DNA of 60,137 nucleotides, taken from assembly GCA_964057225.1 (NCBI GenBank), contig CAXKVF010000103.1, positions 1 through 60,137 of the forward strand, given 5' to 3'. The position numbers were made by a program, and so were the translations under genes. Position 1 is the stretch's first letter. Each line of letters begins with the position of its first letter. This stretch comes from Auanema rhodensis (taxonomy: Eukaryota; Animalia; Nematoda). The notes under the pieces are model-generated. The model was not told where the DNA came from. It made no database searches and was given only the letters and a program-made list of their open reading frames with translations. Of the stretch, positions 13,681 through 29,000 are shown in pieces.

Positions 13681-16600
13681 TAATTTTGAAAACCGCATCT
13701 CGTTATCTTTCACGTGAAGCGAGTTACATACCAAGTGCACATCACGTGTACATTTAATTAGCATAAATTAAAGTTCACGTAAATTTCAAAGTCATGGTTA
13801 CCATGCACCAATATCAATAAAAATTTGTTTTTAGACTAATATGGACATGGGGGAATCTAATTTTGAAAACCGCATCTCTTTATCTTTCACGTGAAGCGAG
13901 TTACATACCAAGTGCACATCACGTGTACATTTAATTAGCATAAATTAAAGTTCACGTAAATTTCAAAGTCATGGTTACCATGCACCAATATCAATAAAAA
14001 TTTGTTTTTAGACTAATATGGACATGGGGAATCTAATTTTGAAAACCGCATCTCTTCATCTTTCACGTGAAGCGAGTTACATACCAAGTGCACATCACGT
14101 GTACATTTAATTAGCATAAATTAAAGTTCACGTAAATTTCAAAGTCATGGTTACCATGCACCAATATCAATAAAAATTTGTTTTTAAACTAATATGGACA
14201 TGGGAATCTAATTTTGAAAACCGCATCTCTTTATCTTTCACGTGAAGCGAGTTACATACCAAGTGCACATCACGTGTACATTTAATTAGCATAAATTAAA
14301 GTTCACGTAAATTTCAAAGTCATGGTTACCATGCACCAATATCAATAAAAATTTGTTTTTAGACTAATATGGACATGGGGAATCTAATTTTGAAAACCGC
14401 ATCTCTTTATCTTTCACGTGAAGCGAGTTACATACCAAGTGCACATCACGTGTACATTTAATTAGCATAAATTAAAGTTCACGTAAATTTCAAAGTCATG
14501 GTTACCATAAACCAATATCAATAAAAATTTGTTTTTAGACTAATATGGACATGGGGAATCTAATTTTGAAAACCGCATCTCTTTATCTTTCACGTGAAGC
14601 GAGTTACATACCAAGTGCACATCACGTGTACATTTAATTAGCATAAATTAAAGTTCACGTAAATTTCAAAGTCATGGTTACCATGAACCAATATCAATAA
14701 AAATTTGTTTTTAGACTAATATGGACATGGGGAATCTAATTTTGAAAACCGCATCTCTTCATCTTTCACGTGAAGCGAGTTACATACCAAGTGCACATCA
14801 CGTGTACATTTAATTAGCATAAATTAAAGTTCACGTAAATTTCAAAGTCATGGTTACCATGCACCAATATCAATAAAAATTTGTTTTTAGACTAATATGG
14901 ACATGGGGAATCTAATTTTGAAAACCGCATCTCTTTATCTTTCACGTGAAGCGAGTTACATACCAAGTGCACATCACGTGTACATTTAATTAGCATAAAT
15001 TAAAGTTCACGTAAATTTCAAAGTCATGGTTACCATGCACCAATATCAATAAAAATTTGTTTTTAGACTAATATGGACATGGGGAATCTAATTTTGAAAA
15101 CCGCATCTCTTTATCTTTCACGTGAAGCGAGTTACATACCAAGTGCACATCACGTGTACATTTAATTAGCATAAATTAAAGTTCACGTAAATTTCAAAGT
15201 CATGGTTACCATGAACCAATATCAATAAAAATTTGTTTTTAGACTAATATGGACATGGGGAATCTAATTTTGAAAACCGCATCTCTTTATCTTTCACGTG
15301 AAGCGAGTTACATACCAAGTGCACATCACGTGTACATTTAATTAGCATAAATTAAAGTTCACGTAAATTTCAAAGTCATGGTTACCATGAACCAATATCA
15401 ATAAAAATTTGTTTTTAGACTAATATGGACATGGGGAATCTAATTTTGAAAACCGCATCTCTTTATCTTTCACGTGAAGCGAGTTACATACCAAGTGCCC
15501 ATCACGTGTACATTTAATTAGCATAAATTAAAGTTCACGTAAATTTCAAGTCATGGTTACCATGCACCAATGTCAATAAAATTTGTTTTTAGACTAATAT
15601 GGACATGGGGAATCTAATTTTGAAAACCGCATCTCTTCATCTTTCACGTGAAGCGAGTTACATACCAAGTGCACATCACGTGTACATTTAATTAGCATAA
15701 ATTAAAGTTCACGTAAATTTCAAAGTCATGGTTACCATGCACCAATATCAATAAAAATTTGTTTTTAGACTAATATGGACATGGGGAATCTAATTTTGAA
15801 ACCGCATCTCTTCATCTTTCACGTGAAGCGAGTTACATACCAAGTGCACATCACGTGTACATTTAATTAGCATAAATTAAAGTTCACGTAAATTTCAAAG
15901 TCATGGTTACCATGCACCAATATCAATAAGAATTTGTTTTAGACTAATATGGACATGGGGAATCTAATTTTGAAAACCGCATCTCTTTATCTTTCACGTG
16001 AAGCGAGTTACATACCAAGTGCACATCACGTGTACATTTAATTAGCATAAATTAAAGTTCACGTAAATTTCAAAGTCATGGTTACCATGCACCAATATCA
16101 ATAAAAATTTGTTTTTAGACTAATATGGACATGGGGAATCTAATTTTGAAAACCGCATCTCTTCATCTTTCACGTGAAGCGAGTTACATACCAAGTGCAC
16201 ATCACGTGTACATTTAATTAGCATAAATTAAAGTTCACGTAAATTTCAAAGTCATGGTTACCATGCACCAATATCAATAAAAATTTGTTTTTAGACTAAT
16301 ATGGACATGGGGAATCTAATTTTGAAAACCGCATCTCTTTATCTTTCACGTGAAGCGAGTTACATACCAAGTGCACATCACGTGTACATTTAATTAGCAT
16401 AAATTAAAGTTCACGTAAATTTCAAAGTCATGTTACCATGCACCAATGTCAATAAAAATTTGTTTTTAGACTAATATGGACATGGGGAATCTAATTTGAA
16501 ACCGCATCTCCTTATCTTTCACGTGAAGCGAGTTACATACCAAGTGCACATCACGTGTACATTTAATTAGCATAAATTAAAGTTCACGTAAATTTCAAAG

Positions 16601-16899
16601 TCATGGTTACCATGCACCAATATCAATAAAAATTTGTTTTTAGACTAATATGGACATGGGGAGTCTAATTTTGAAAACCGCATCTCTTCATCTTTACGTG
16701 AAGCGAGTTACATACCAAGTGCACATCACGTGTACATTTTAATTAGCATAAATTAAAGTTCACGTAAATTTCAAAGTCATGGTTACCATGCACCAATATC
16801 AATAAAAATTTGTTTTTAGACTAATATGGACATGGGGAATCTAATTTTGAAAACCGCATCTCTTTATCTTTCACGTGAAGCGAGTTACATACCAAGTGC

Positions 16900-19800
16900 A
16901 CATCACGTGTACATTTAATTAGCATAAATTAAAGTTCACGTAAATTTCAAAGTCATGGTTACCATGCACCAATATCAATAAAAATTTGTTTTTAGACTAA
17001 TATGGACATGGGGAATCTAATTTTGAAAACCGCATCTCTTTATCTTTCACGTGAAGCGAGTTACATACCAAGTGCACATCACGTGTACATTAATTAGCAT
17101 AAATTAAAGTTCACGTAAATTTCAAAGTCATGGTTACCATGCACCAATATCAATAAAAATTTTGTTTTTAGACTAATATGGACATGGGGAATCTAATTTT
17201 GAAAACCGCATCTCTTCATCTTTTACGTGAAGCGAGTTACATACCAAGTGCACATCACGTGTACATTTAATTAGCATAAATTAAAGTTCACGTAAATTTC
17301 AAAGTCATGGTTACCATGCACCAATATCAATAAAAATTTGTTTTTAGACTAATATGGACATGGGGAATCTAATTTTGAAAACCGCATCTCTTTATCTTTC
17401 ACGTGAAGCGAGTTACATACCAAGTGCACATCACGTGTACATTTAATTAGCATAAATTAAAGTTCACGTAAATTTCAAAGTCATGGTTACCATGCACCAA
17501 TATCAATAAAAATTTGTTTTTAGACTAATATGGACATGAGGAATCTAATTTTGAAAACCGCATCTCTTTATCTTTCACGTGAAGCGAGTTACATACCAAG
17601 TGCACATCACGTGTACATTTAATTAGCATAAATTAAAGTTCACGTAAATTTCAAAGTCATGGTTACCATAAACCAATATCAATAAAAATTTGTTTTTAGA
17701 CTAATATGGACATGGGGAATCTAATTTTGAAAACCGCATCTCTTTATCTTTCACGTGAAGCGAGTTACATACCAAGTGCACATCACGTGTACATTTAATT
17801 AGCATAAATTAAAGTTCACGTAAATTTCAAAGTCATGGTTACCATGAACCAATATCAATAAAAATTTGTTTTTAGACTAATATGGACATGGGGAATCTAA
17901 TTTTGAAAACCGCATCTCTTTATCTTTCACGTGAAGCGAGTTACATACCAAGTGCACATCACGTGTACATTTAATTAGCATAAATTAAAGTTCACGTAAA
18001 TTTCAAAGTCATGGTTACCATGCACCAATATCAATAAAAATTTGTTTTTAGACTAATATGGACATGGGGAATCTAATGTTGAAAACCGCATCTCTTTATC
18101 TTTCACGTGAAGCGAGTTACATACCAAGTGCACATCACGTGTACATTTAATTAGCATAAATTAAAGTTCACGTAAATTTCAAAGTCATGGTTACCATGAA
18201 CCAATATCAATAAAAATTTGTTTTTAGACTAATATGGACATGGGGAATCTAATTTTGAAAACCGCATCTCGTTATCTTTCACGTGAAGCGAGTTACATAC
18301 CAAGTGCACATCACGTGTACATTTAATTAGCATAAATTAAAGTTCACGTAAATTTCAAAGTCATGGTTACCATGCACCAATATCAATAAAAATTTGTTTT
18401 TAGACTAATATGGACATGGGGAATCTAATTTTGAAAACCGCATCTCTTTATCTTTCACGTGAAGCGAGTTACATACCAAGTGCACATCACGTGTACATTT
18501 AATTAGCATAAATTAAAGTTCACGTAAATTTCAAAGTCATGGTTACCATGCACCAATATCAATAAAAATTTGTTTTTAGACTAATATGGACATGGGGAAT
18601 CTAATTTTGAAAACCGCATCTCTTTATCTTTCACGTGAAGCGAGTTACATACCAAGTGCACATCACGTGTACATTTAATTAGCATAAATTAAAGTTCACG
18701 TAAATTTCAAAGTCATGGTTACCATGCACCAATATCAATAAAAATTTGTTTTTAGACTAATATGGACATGGGGAATCTAATTTTGAAAACCGCATCTCTT
18801 CATCTTTTACGTGAAGCGAGTTACATACCAAGTGCACATCACGTGTACATTTAATTAGCATAAATTAAAGTTCACGTAAATTTCAAAGTCATGGTTACCA
18901 TGCACCAATATCAATAAAAATTTGTTTTTAGACTAATATGGACATGGGGAATCTAATTTTGAAAACCGCATCTCTTTATCTTTCACGTGAAGCGAGTTAC
19001 ATACCAAGTGCACATCACGTGTACATTTAATTAGCATAAATTAAAGTTCACGTAAATTTCAAAGTCATGGTTACCATGCACCAATATCAATAAAAATTTG
19101 TTTTTAGACTAATATGGACATGAGGAATCTAATTTTGAAAACCGCATCTCTTTATCTTTCACGTGAAGCGAGTTACATACCAAGTGCACATCACGTGTAC
19201 ATTTAATTAGCATAAATTAAAGTTCACGTAAATTTCAAAGTCATGGTTACCATAAACCAATATCAATAAAAATTTGTTTTTAGACTAATATGGACATGGG
19301 GAATCTAATTTTGAAAACCGCATCTCTTTATCTTTCACGTGAAGCGAGTTACATACCAAGTGCACATCACGTGTACATTTAATTAGCATAAATTAAAGTT
19401 CACGTAAATTTCAAAGTCATGGTTACCATGAACCAATATCAATAAAAATTTGTTTTTAGACTAATATGGACATGGGGAATCTAATTTTGAAAACCGCATC
19501 TCTTTATCTTTCACGTGAAGCGAGTTACATACCAAGTGCACATCACGTGTACATTTAATTAGCATAAATTAAAGTTCACGTAAATTTCAAAGTCATGGTT
19601 ACCATGCACCAATATCAATAAAAATTTGTTTTTAGACTAATATGGACATGGGGAATCTAATGTTGAAAACCGCATCTCTTTATCTTTCACGTGAAGCGAG
19701 TTACATACCAAGTGCACATCACGTGTACATTTAATTAGCATAAATTAAAGTTCACGTAAATTTCAAAGTCATGGTTACCATGAACCAATATCAATAAAAA

Positions 19801-20070
19801 TTTGTTTTTAGACTAATATGGACATGGGGAATCTAATTTTGAAAACCGCATCTCGTTATCTTTCACGTGAAGCGAGTTACATACCAAGTGCACATCACGT
19901 GTACATTTAATTAGCATAAATTAAAGTTCACGTAAATTTCAAAGTCATGGTTACCATGCACCAATATCAATAAAAATTTGTTTTTAGACTAATATGGACA
20001 TGGGGAATCTAATTTTGAAAACCGCATCTCTTTATCTTTCACGTGAAGCGAGTTACATACCAAGTGCACA
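16900..20070 (-). repeat. Tandem duplication of a 9-monomer (1584-bp) unit
   Basis: Markers recur at +1584: 17224/18808, 17539/19123, 17670/19254, 18078/19662, 18271/19855. Mirrored at about 6400-9580. Boundaries are approximate. Confidence 0.88.
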
Positions 20071-23000
20071 TCACGTGTACATTTAATTAGCATAAATTAA
20101 AGTTCACGTAAATTTCAAAGTCATGGTTACCATGCACCAATATCAATAAAAATTTGTTTTTAGACTAATATGGACATGGGGAATCTAATTTTGAAAACCG
20201 CATCTCTTCATCTTTCACGTGAAGCGAGTTACATACCAAGTGCACATCACGTGTACATTTAATTAGCATAAATTAAAGTTCACGTAAATTTCAAAGTCAT
20301 GGTTACCATGCACCAATATCAATAAAAATTTGTTTTTAAACTAATATGGACATGGGGAATCTAATTTTGAAAACCGCATCTCTTTATCTTTCACGTGAAG
20401 CGAGTTACATACCAAGTGCACATCACGTGTACATTTAATTAGCATAAATTAAAGTTCACGTAAATTTCAAAGTCATGGTTACCATGCACCAATATCAATA
20501 AAAATTTGTTTTTAGACTAATATGGACATGGGGAATCTAATTTTGAAAACCGCATCTCTTTATCTTTCACGTGAAGCGAGTTACATACCAAGTGCACATC
20601 ACGTGTACATTTAATTAGCATAAATTAAAGTTCACGTAAATTTCAAAGTCATGGTTACCATGCACCAATATCAATAAAAATTTGTTTTTAGACTAATATG
20701 GACATGGGGAATCTAATTTTGAAAACCGCATCTCTTTATCTTTCACGTGAAGCGAGTTACATACCAAGTGCACATCACGTGTACATTTAATTAGCATAAA
20801 TTAAAGTTCACGTAAATTTCAAAGTCATGGTTACCATGAACCAATATCAATAAAAATTTGTTTTTAGACTAATATGGACATGGGGAATCTAATTTTGAAA
20901 ACCGCATCTCTTTATCTTTCACGTGAAGCGAGTTACATACCAAGTGCACATCACGTGTACATTTAATTAGCATAAATTAAAGTTCACGTAAATTTCAAAG
21001 TCATGGTTACCATGCACCAATATCAATAAAAATTTGTTTTTAGACTAATATGGACATGGGGAATCTAATTTTGAAAACCGCATCTCTTTATCTTTCACGT
21101 GAAGCGAGTTACATACCAAGTGCACATCACGTGTACATTTAATTAGCATAAATTAAAGTTCACGTAAATTTCAAAGTCATGGTTACCATGCACCAATATC
21201 AATAAAAATTTGTTTTTAGACTAATATGGACATGGGGAATCTAATTTTGAAAACCGCATCTCTTTATCTTTCACGTGAAGCGAGTTACATACCAAGTGCA
21301 CATCACGTGTACATTTAATTAGCATAAATTAAAGTTCACGTAAATTTCAAAGTCATGGTTACCATGCACCAATGTCAATAAAAATTTGTTTTTAGACTAA
21401 TATGGACATGGGGAATCTAATTTTGAAAACCGCATCTCTTTATCTTTCACGTGAAGCGAGTTACATACCAAGTGCACATCACGTGTACATTTAATTAGCA
21501 TAAATTAAAGTTCACGTAAATTTCAAAGTCATGGTTACCATGCACCAATATCAATAAAAATTTGTTTTTAGACTAATATGGACATGGGGAATCTAATTTT
21601 GAAAACCGCATCTCTTTATCTTTCACGTGAAGCGAGTTACATACCAAGTGCACATCACGTGTACATTTAATTAGCATAAATTAAAGTTCACGTAAATTTC
21701 AAAGTCATGGTTACCATGCACCAATGTCAATAAAAATTTGTTTTTAGACTAATATGGACATGGGGAATCTAATTTTGAAAACCGCATCTCTTCATCTTTC
21801 ACGTGAAGCGAGTTACATACGAAGTGCACATCACGTGTACATTTAATTAGCATAAATTAAAGTTCACGTAAATTTCAAAGTCATGGTTACCATGCACCAA
21901 TATCAATAAAAATTTGTTTTTAGACTAATATGGACATGGGGAATCTAATTTTGAAAACCGCATCTCTTTATCTTTCACGTGAAGCGAGTTACATACCAAG
22001 TGCACATCACGTGTACATTTAATTAGCATAAATTAAAGTTCACGTAAATTTCAAAGTCATGGTTACCATGCACCAATATCAAAAAAATTTGTTTTTAGAC
22101 TAATATGGACATGGGGAATCTAATTTTGAAAACCGCATCTCTTCATCTTTCACGTGAAGCGAGTTACATACCAAGTGCACATCACGTGTACATTTAATTA
22201 GCATAAATTAAAGTTCACGTAAATTTCAAAGTCATGGTTACCATGCACCAATATCAATAAAAATTTGTTTTTAAACTAATATGGACATGGGGAATCTAAT
22301 TTTGAAAACCGCATCTCTTTATCTTTCACGTGAAGCGAGTTACATACCAAGTGCACATCACGTGTACATTTAATTAGCATAAATTAAAGTTCACGTAAAT
22401 TTCAAAGTCATGGTTACCATGCACCAATATCAATAAAAATTTGTTTTTAGACTAATATGGACATGGGGAATCTAATTTTGAAAACCGCATCTCTTTATCT
22501 TTCACGTGAAGCGAGTTACATACCAAGTGCACATCACGTGTACATTTAATTAGCATAAATTAAAGTTCACGTAAATTTCAAAGTCATGGTTACCATGCAC
22601 CAATATCAATAAAAATTTGTTTTTAGACTAATATGGACATGGGGAATCTAATTTTGAAAACCGCATCTCTTTATCTTTCACGTGAAGCGAGTTACATACC
22701 AAGTGCACATCACGTGTACATTTAATTAGCATAAATTAAAGTTCACGTAAATTTCAAAGTCATGGTTACCATGAACCAATATCAATAAAAATTTGTTTTT
22801 AGACTAATATGGACATGGGGAATCTAATTTTGAAAACCGCATCTCTTTATCTTTCACGTGAAGCGAGTTACATACCAAGTGCACATCACGTGTACATTTA
22901 ATTAGCATAAATTAAAGTTCACGTAAATTTCAAAGTCATGGTTACCATGCACCAATATCAATAAAAATTTGTTTTTAGACTAATATGGACATGGGGAATC

Positions 23001-26000
23001 TAATTTTGAAAACCGCATCTCTTTATCTTTCACGTGAAGCGAGTTACATACCAAGTGCACATCACGTGTACATTTAATTAGCATAAATTAAAGTTCACGT
23101 AAATTTCAAAGTCATGGTTACCATGAACCAATATCAATAAAAATTTGTTTTTAGACTAATATGGACATGGGGAATCTAATTTTGAAAACCGCATCTCTTT
23201 ATCTTTCACGTGAAGCGAGTTACATACCAAGTGCACATCACGTGTACATTTAATTAGCATAAATTAAAGTTCACGTAAATTTCAAAGTCATGGTTACCAT
23301 GAACCAATATCAATAAAAATTTGTTTTTAGACTAATATGGACATGGGGAATCTAATTTTGAAAACCGCATCTCTTTATCTTTCACGTGAAGCGAGTTACA
23401 TACCAAGTGCACATCACGTGTACATTTAATTAGCATAAATTAAAGTTCACGTAAATTTCAAAGTCATGGTTACCATGCACCAATATCAATAAAAATTTGT
23501 TTTTAGACTAATATGGACATGGGGAATCTAATTTTGAAAACCGCATCTCGTTATCTTTCACGTGAAGCGAGTTACATACCAAGTGCACATCACGTGTACA
23601 TTTAATTAGCATAAATTAAAGTTCACGTAAATTTCAAAGTCATGGTTACCATGCACCAATATCAATAAAAATTTGTTTTTAGACTAATATGGACATGGGG
23701 AATCTAATTTTGAAAACCGCATCTCTTTATCTTTCACGTGAAGCGAGTTACATACCAAGTGCACATCACGTGTACATTTAATTAGCATAAATTAAAGTTC
23801 ACGTAAATTTCAAAGTCATGGTTACCATGCACCAATATCAATAAAAATTTGTTTTTAGACTAATATGGACATGGGGAATCTAATTTTGAAAACCGCATCT
23901 CGTTATCTTTCACGTGAAGCGAGTTACATACCAAGTGCACATCACGTGTACATTTAATTAGCATAAATTAAAGTTCACGTAAATTTCAAAGTCATGGTTA
24001 CCATGCACCAATATCAATAAAAATTTGTTTTTAGACTAATATGGACATGGGGAATCTAATTTTGAAAACCGCATCTCTTTATCTTTCACGTGAAGCGAGT
24101 TACATACCAAGTGCACATCACGTGTACATTTAATTAGCATAAATTAAAGTTCACGTAAATTTCAAAGTCATGGTTACCATGCACCAATATCAATAAAAAT
24201 TTGTTTTTAGACTAATATGGACATGGGGAATCTAATTTTGAAAACCGCATCTCTTTATCTTTCACGTGAAGCGAGTTACATACCAAGTGCACATCACGTG
24301 TACATTTAATTAGCATAAATTAAAGTTCACGTAAATTTCAAAGTCATGGTTACCATGAACCAATATCAATAAAAATTTGTTTTTAGACTAATATGGACAT
24401 GGAGAATCTAATTTTGAAAACCGCATCTCTTTATCTTTCACGTGAAGCGAGTTACATACCAAGTGCACATCACGTGTACATTTAATTAGCATAAATTAAA
24501 GTTCACGTAAATTTCAAAGTCATGGTTACCATGAACCAATATCAATAAAAATTTGTTTTTAGACTAATATGGACATGGGGAATCTAATTTTGAAAACGGC
24601 ATCTCTTTATCTTTCACGTGAAGCGAGTTACATACCAAGTGCACATCACGTGTACATTTAATTAGCATAAATTAAAGTTCACGTAAATTTCAAAGTCATG
24701 GTTACCATTCACCAATATCAATAAAAATTTGTTTTTAGACTAATATGGACATGGGGAATCTAATTTTGAAAACCGCATCTCGTTATCTTTCACGTGAAGC
24801 GAGTTACATACCAAGTGCACATCACGTGTACATTTAATTAGCATAAATTAAAGTTCACGTAAATTTCAAAGTCATGGTTACCATGCACCAATATCAATAA
24901 AAATTTGTTTTTAGACTAATATGGACATGGGGAATCTAATTTTGAAAACCGCATCTCTTTATCTTTCACGTGAAGCGAGTTACATACCAAGTGCACATCA
25001 CGTGTACATTTAATTAGCATAAATTAAAGTTCACGTAAATTTCAAAGTCATGGTTACCATGCACCAATATCAATAAAAATTTGTTTTTAGACTAATATGG
25101 ACATGGGGAATCTAATTTTGAAAACCGCATCTCTTTATCTTTCACGTGAAGCGAGTTACATACCAAGTGCACATCACGTGTACATTTAATTAGCATAAAT
25201 TAAAGTTCACGTAAATTTCAAAGTCATGGTTACCATGCACCAATGTCAATAAAAATTTGTTTTTAGACTAATATGGACATGGGGAATCTAATTTTGAAAA
25301 CCGCATCTCTTCATCTTTCACGTGAAGCGAGTTACATACCAAGTGCACATCACGTGTACATTTAATTAGCATAAATTAAAGTTCACGTAAATTTCAAAGT
25401 CATGGTTACCATTCACCAATATCAATAAAAATTTGTTTTTAGACTAATATGGACATGGGGAATCTAATTTTGAAAACCGCATCTCGTTATCTTTCACGTG
25501 AAGCGAGTTACATACCAAGTGCACATCACGTGTACATTTAATTAGCATAAATTAAAGTTCACGTAAATTTCAAAGTCATGGTTACCATGCACCAATATCA
25601 ATAAAAATTTGTTTTTAGACTAATATGGACATGGGGAATCTAATTTTGAAAACCGCATCTCTTTATCTTTCACGTGAAGCGAGTTACATACCAAGTGCAC
25701 ATCACGTGTACATTTAATTAGCATAAATTAAAGTTCACGTAAATTTCAAAGTCATGGTTACCATGCACCAATATCAATAAAAATTTGTTTTTAGACTAAT
25801 ATGGACATGGGGAATCTAATTTTGAAAACCGCATCTCTTCATCTTTTACGTGAAGCGAGTTACATACCAAGTGCACATCACGTGTACATTTAATTAGCAT
25901 AAATTAAAGTTCACGTAAATTTCAAAGTCATGGTTACCATGCACCAATATCAATAAAAATTTGTTTTTAGACTAATATGGACATGGGGAATCTAATTTTG

Positions 26001-29000
26001 AAAACCGCATCTCTTTATCTTTCACGTGAAGCGAGTTACATACCAAGTGCACATCACGTGTACATTTAATTAGCATAAATTAAAGTTCACGTAAATTTCA
26101 AAGTCATGGTTACCATGCACCAATATCAATAAAAATTTGTTTTTAGACTAATATGGACATGGGGAATCTAATTTTGAAAACCGCATCTCTTTATCTTTCA
26201 CGTGAAGCGAGTTACATACCAAGTGCACATCACGTGTACATTTAATTAGCATAAATTAAAGTTCACGTAAATTTCAAAGTCATGGTTACCATAAACCAAT
26301 ATCAATAAAAATTTGTTTTTAGACTAATATGGACATGGGGAATCTAATTTTGAAAACCGCATCTCTTTATCTTTCACGTGAAGCGAGTTACATACCAAGT
26401 GCACATCACGTGTACATTTAATTAGCATAAATTAAAGTTCACGTAAATTTCAAAGTCATGGTTACCATGAACCAATATCAATAAAAATTTGTTTTTAGAC
26501 TAATATGGACATGGGGAATCTAATTTTGAAAACCGCATCTCTTTATCTTTCACGTGAAGCGAGTTACATACCAAGTGCACATCACGTGTACATTTAATTA
26601 GCATAAATTAAAGTTCACGTAAATTTCAAAGTCATGGTTACCATGCACCAATATCAATAAAAATTTGTTTTTAGACTAATATGGACATGGGGAATCTAAT
26701 GTTGAAAACCGCATCTCTTCATCTTTCACGTGAAGCGAGTTACATACCAAGTGCACATCACGTGTACATTTAATTAGCATAAATTAAAGTTCACGTAAAT
26801 TTCAAAGTCATGGTTACCATGAACCAATATCAATAAAAATTTGTTTTTAGACTAATATGGACATGGGGAATCTAATTTTGAAAACCGCATCTCGTTATCT
26901 TTCACGTGAAGCGAGTTACATACCAAGTGCACATCACGTGTACATTTAATTAGCATAAATTAAAGTTCACGTAAATTTCAAAGTCATGGTTACCATGCAC
27001 CAATATCAATAAAAATTTGTTTTTAGACTAATATGGACATGGGGAATCTAATTTTGAAAACCGCATCTCTTTATCTTTCACGTGAAGCGAGTTACATACC
27101 AAGTGCACATCACGTGTACATTTAATTAGCATAAATTAAAGTTCACGTAAATTTCAAAGTCATGGTTACCATGCACCAATATCAATAAAAATTTGTTTTT
27201 AGACTAATATGGACATGGGGAATCTAATTTTGAAAACCGCATCTCTTCATCTTTCACGTGAAGCGAGTTACATACCAAGTGCACATCACGTGTACATTTA
27301 ATTAGCATAAATTAAAGTTCACGTAAATTTCAAAGTCATGGTTACCATGCACCAATATCAATAAAAATTTGTTTTTAAACTAATATGGACATGGGGAATC
27401 TAATTTTGAAAACCGCATCTCTTTATCTTTCACGTGAAGCGAGTTACATACCAAGTGCACATCACGTGTACATTTAATTAGCATAAATTAAAGTTCACGT
27501 AAATTTCAAAGTCATGGTTACCATGCACCAATATCAATAAAAATTTGTTTTTAGACTAATATGGACATGGGGAATCTAATTTTGAAAACCGCATCTCTTT
27601 ATCTTTCACGTGAAGCGAGTTACATACCAAGTGCACATCACGTGTACATTTAATTAGCATAAATTAAAGTTCACGTAAATTTCAAAGTCATGGTTACCAT
27701 GCACCAATGTCAATAAAAATTTGTTTTTAGACTAATATGGACATGGGGAATCTAATTTTGAAAACCGCATCTCTTCATCTTTCACGTGAAGCGAGTTACA
27801 TACCAAGTGCACATCACGTGTACATTTAATTAGCATAAATTAAAGTTCACGTAAATTTCAAAGTCATGGTTACCATGCACCAATATCAATAAAAATTTGT
27901 TTTTAGACTAATATGGACATGGGGAATCTAATTTTGAAAACCGCATCTCTTCATCTTTTACGTGAAGCGAGTTACATACCAAGTGCACATCACGTGTACA
28001 TTTAATTAGCATAAATTAAAGTTCACGTAAATTTCAAAGTCATGGTTACCATGCACCAATGTCAATAAAAATTTGTTTTTAGACTAATATGGACATGGGG
28101 AATCTAATTTTGAAAACCGCATCTCTTTATCTTTCACGTGAAGCGAGTTACATACCAAGTGCACATCACGTGTACATTTAATTAGCATAAATTAAAGTTC
28201 ACGTAAATTTCAAAGTCATGGTTACCATAAACCAATATCAATAAAAATTTGTTTTTAGACTAATATGGACATGGGGAATCTAATTTTGAAAACCGCATCT
28301 CTTTATCTTTCACGTGAAGCGAGTTACATACCAAGTGCACATCACGTGTACATTTAATTAGCATAAATTAAAGTTCACGTAAATTTCAAAGTCATGGTTA
28401 CCATGAACCAATATCAATAAAAATTTGTTTTTAGACTAATATGGACATGGGGAATCTAATTTTGAAAACCGCATCTCTTCATCTTTCACGTGAAGCGAGT
28501 TACATACCAAGTGCACATCACGTGTACATTTAATTAGCATAAATTAAAGTTCACGTAAATTTCAAAGTCATGGTTACCATGCACCAATATCAATAAAAAT
28601 TTGTTTTTAGACTAATATGGACATGGGGAATCTAATTTTGAAAACCGCATCTCTTTATCTTTCACGTGAAGCGAGTTACATACCAAGTGCACATCACGTG
28701 TACATTTAATTAGCATAAATTAAAGTTCACGTAAATTTCAAAGTCATGGTTACCATGCACCAATGTCAATAAAAATTTGTTTTTAGACTAATATGGACAT
28801 GGGGAATCTAATTTTGAAAACCGCATCTCTTCATCTTTCACGTGAAGCGAGTTACATACCAAGTGCACATCACGTGTACATTTAATTAGCATAAATTAAA
28901 GTTCACGTAAATTTCAAAGTCATGGTTACCATGCACCAATATCAATAAAAATTTGTTTTTAGACTAATATGGACATGGGGAATCTAATTTTGAAAACCGC

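Larger units (their letters stand above)
1..26471. repeat. Zero-spacer inverted duplication (palindrome), arms about 13.2 kb, centre between 13238 and 13239
   Basis: Junction GAACTTTAATTTATG|CATAAATTAAAGTTC. Rare variants mirror at p and about 26477-p: 12797-12892/13585-13680, 10979/~15499, 10546/15930, 4653/21821, 2072/24403, 1766/24709, 179/26293. Confidence 0.97.
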
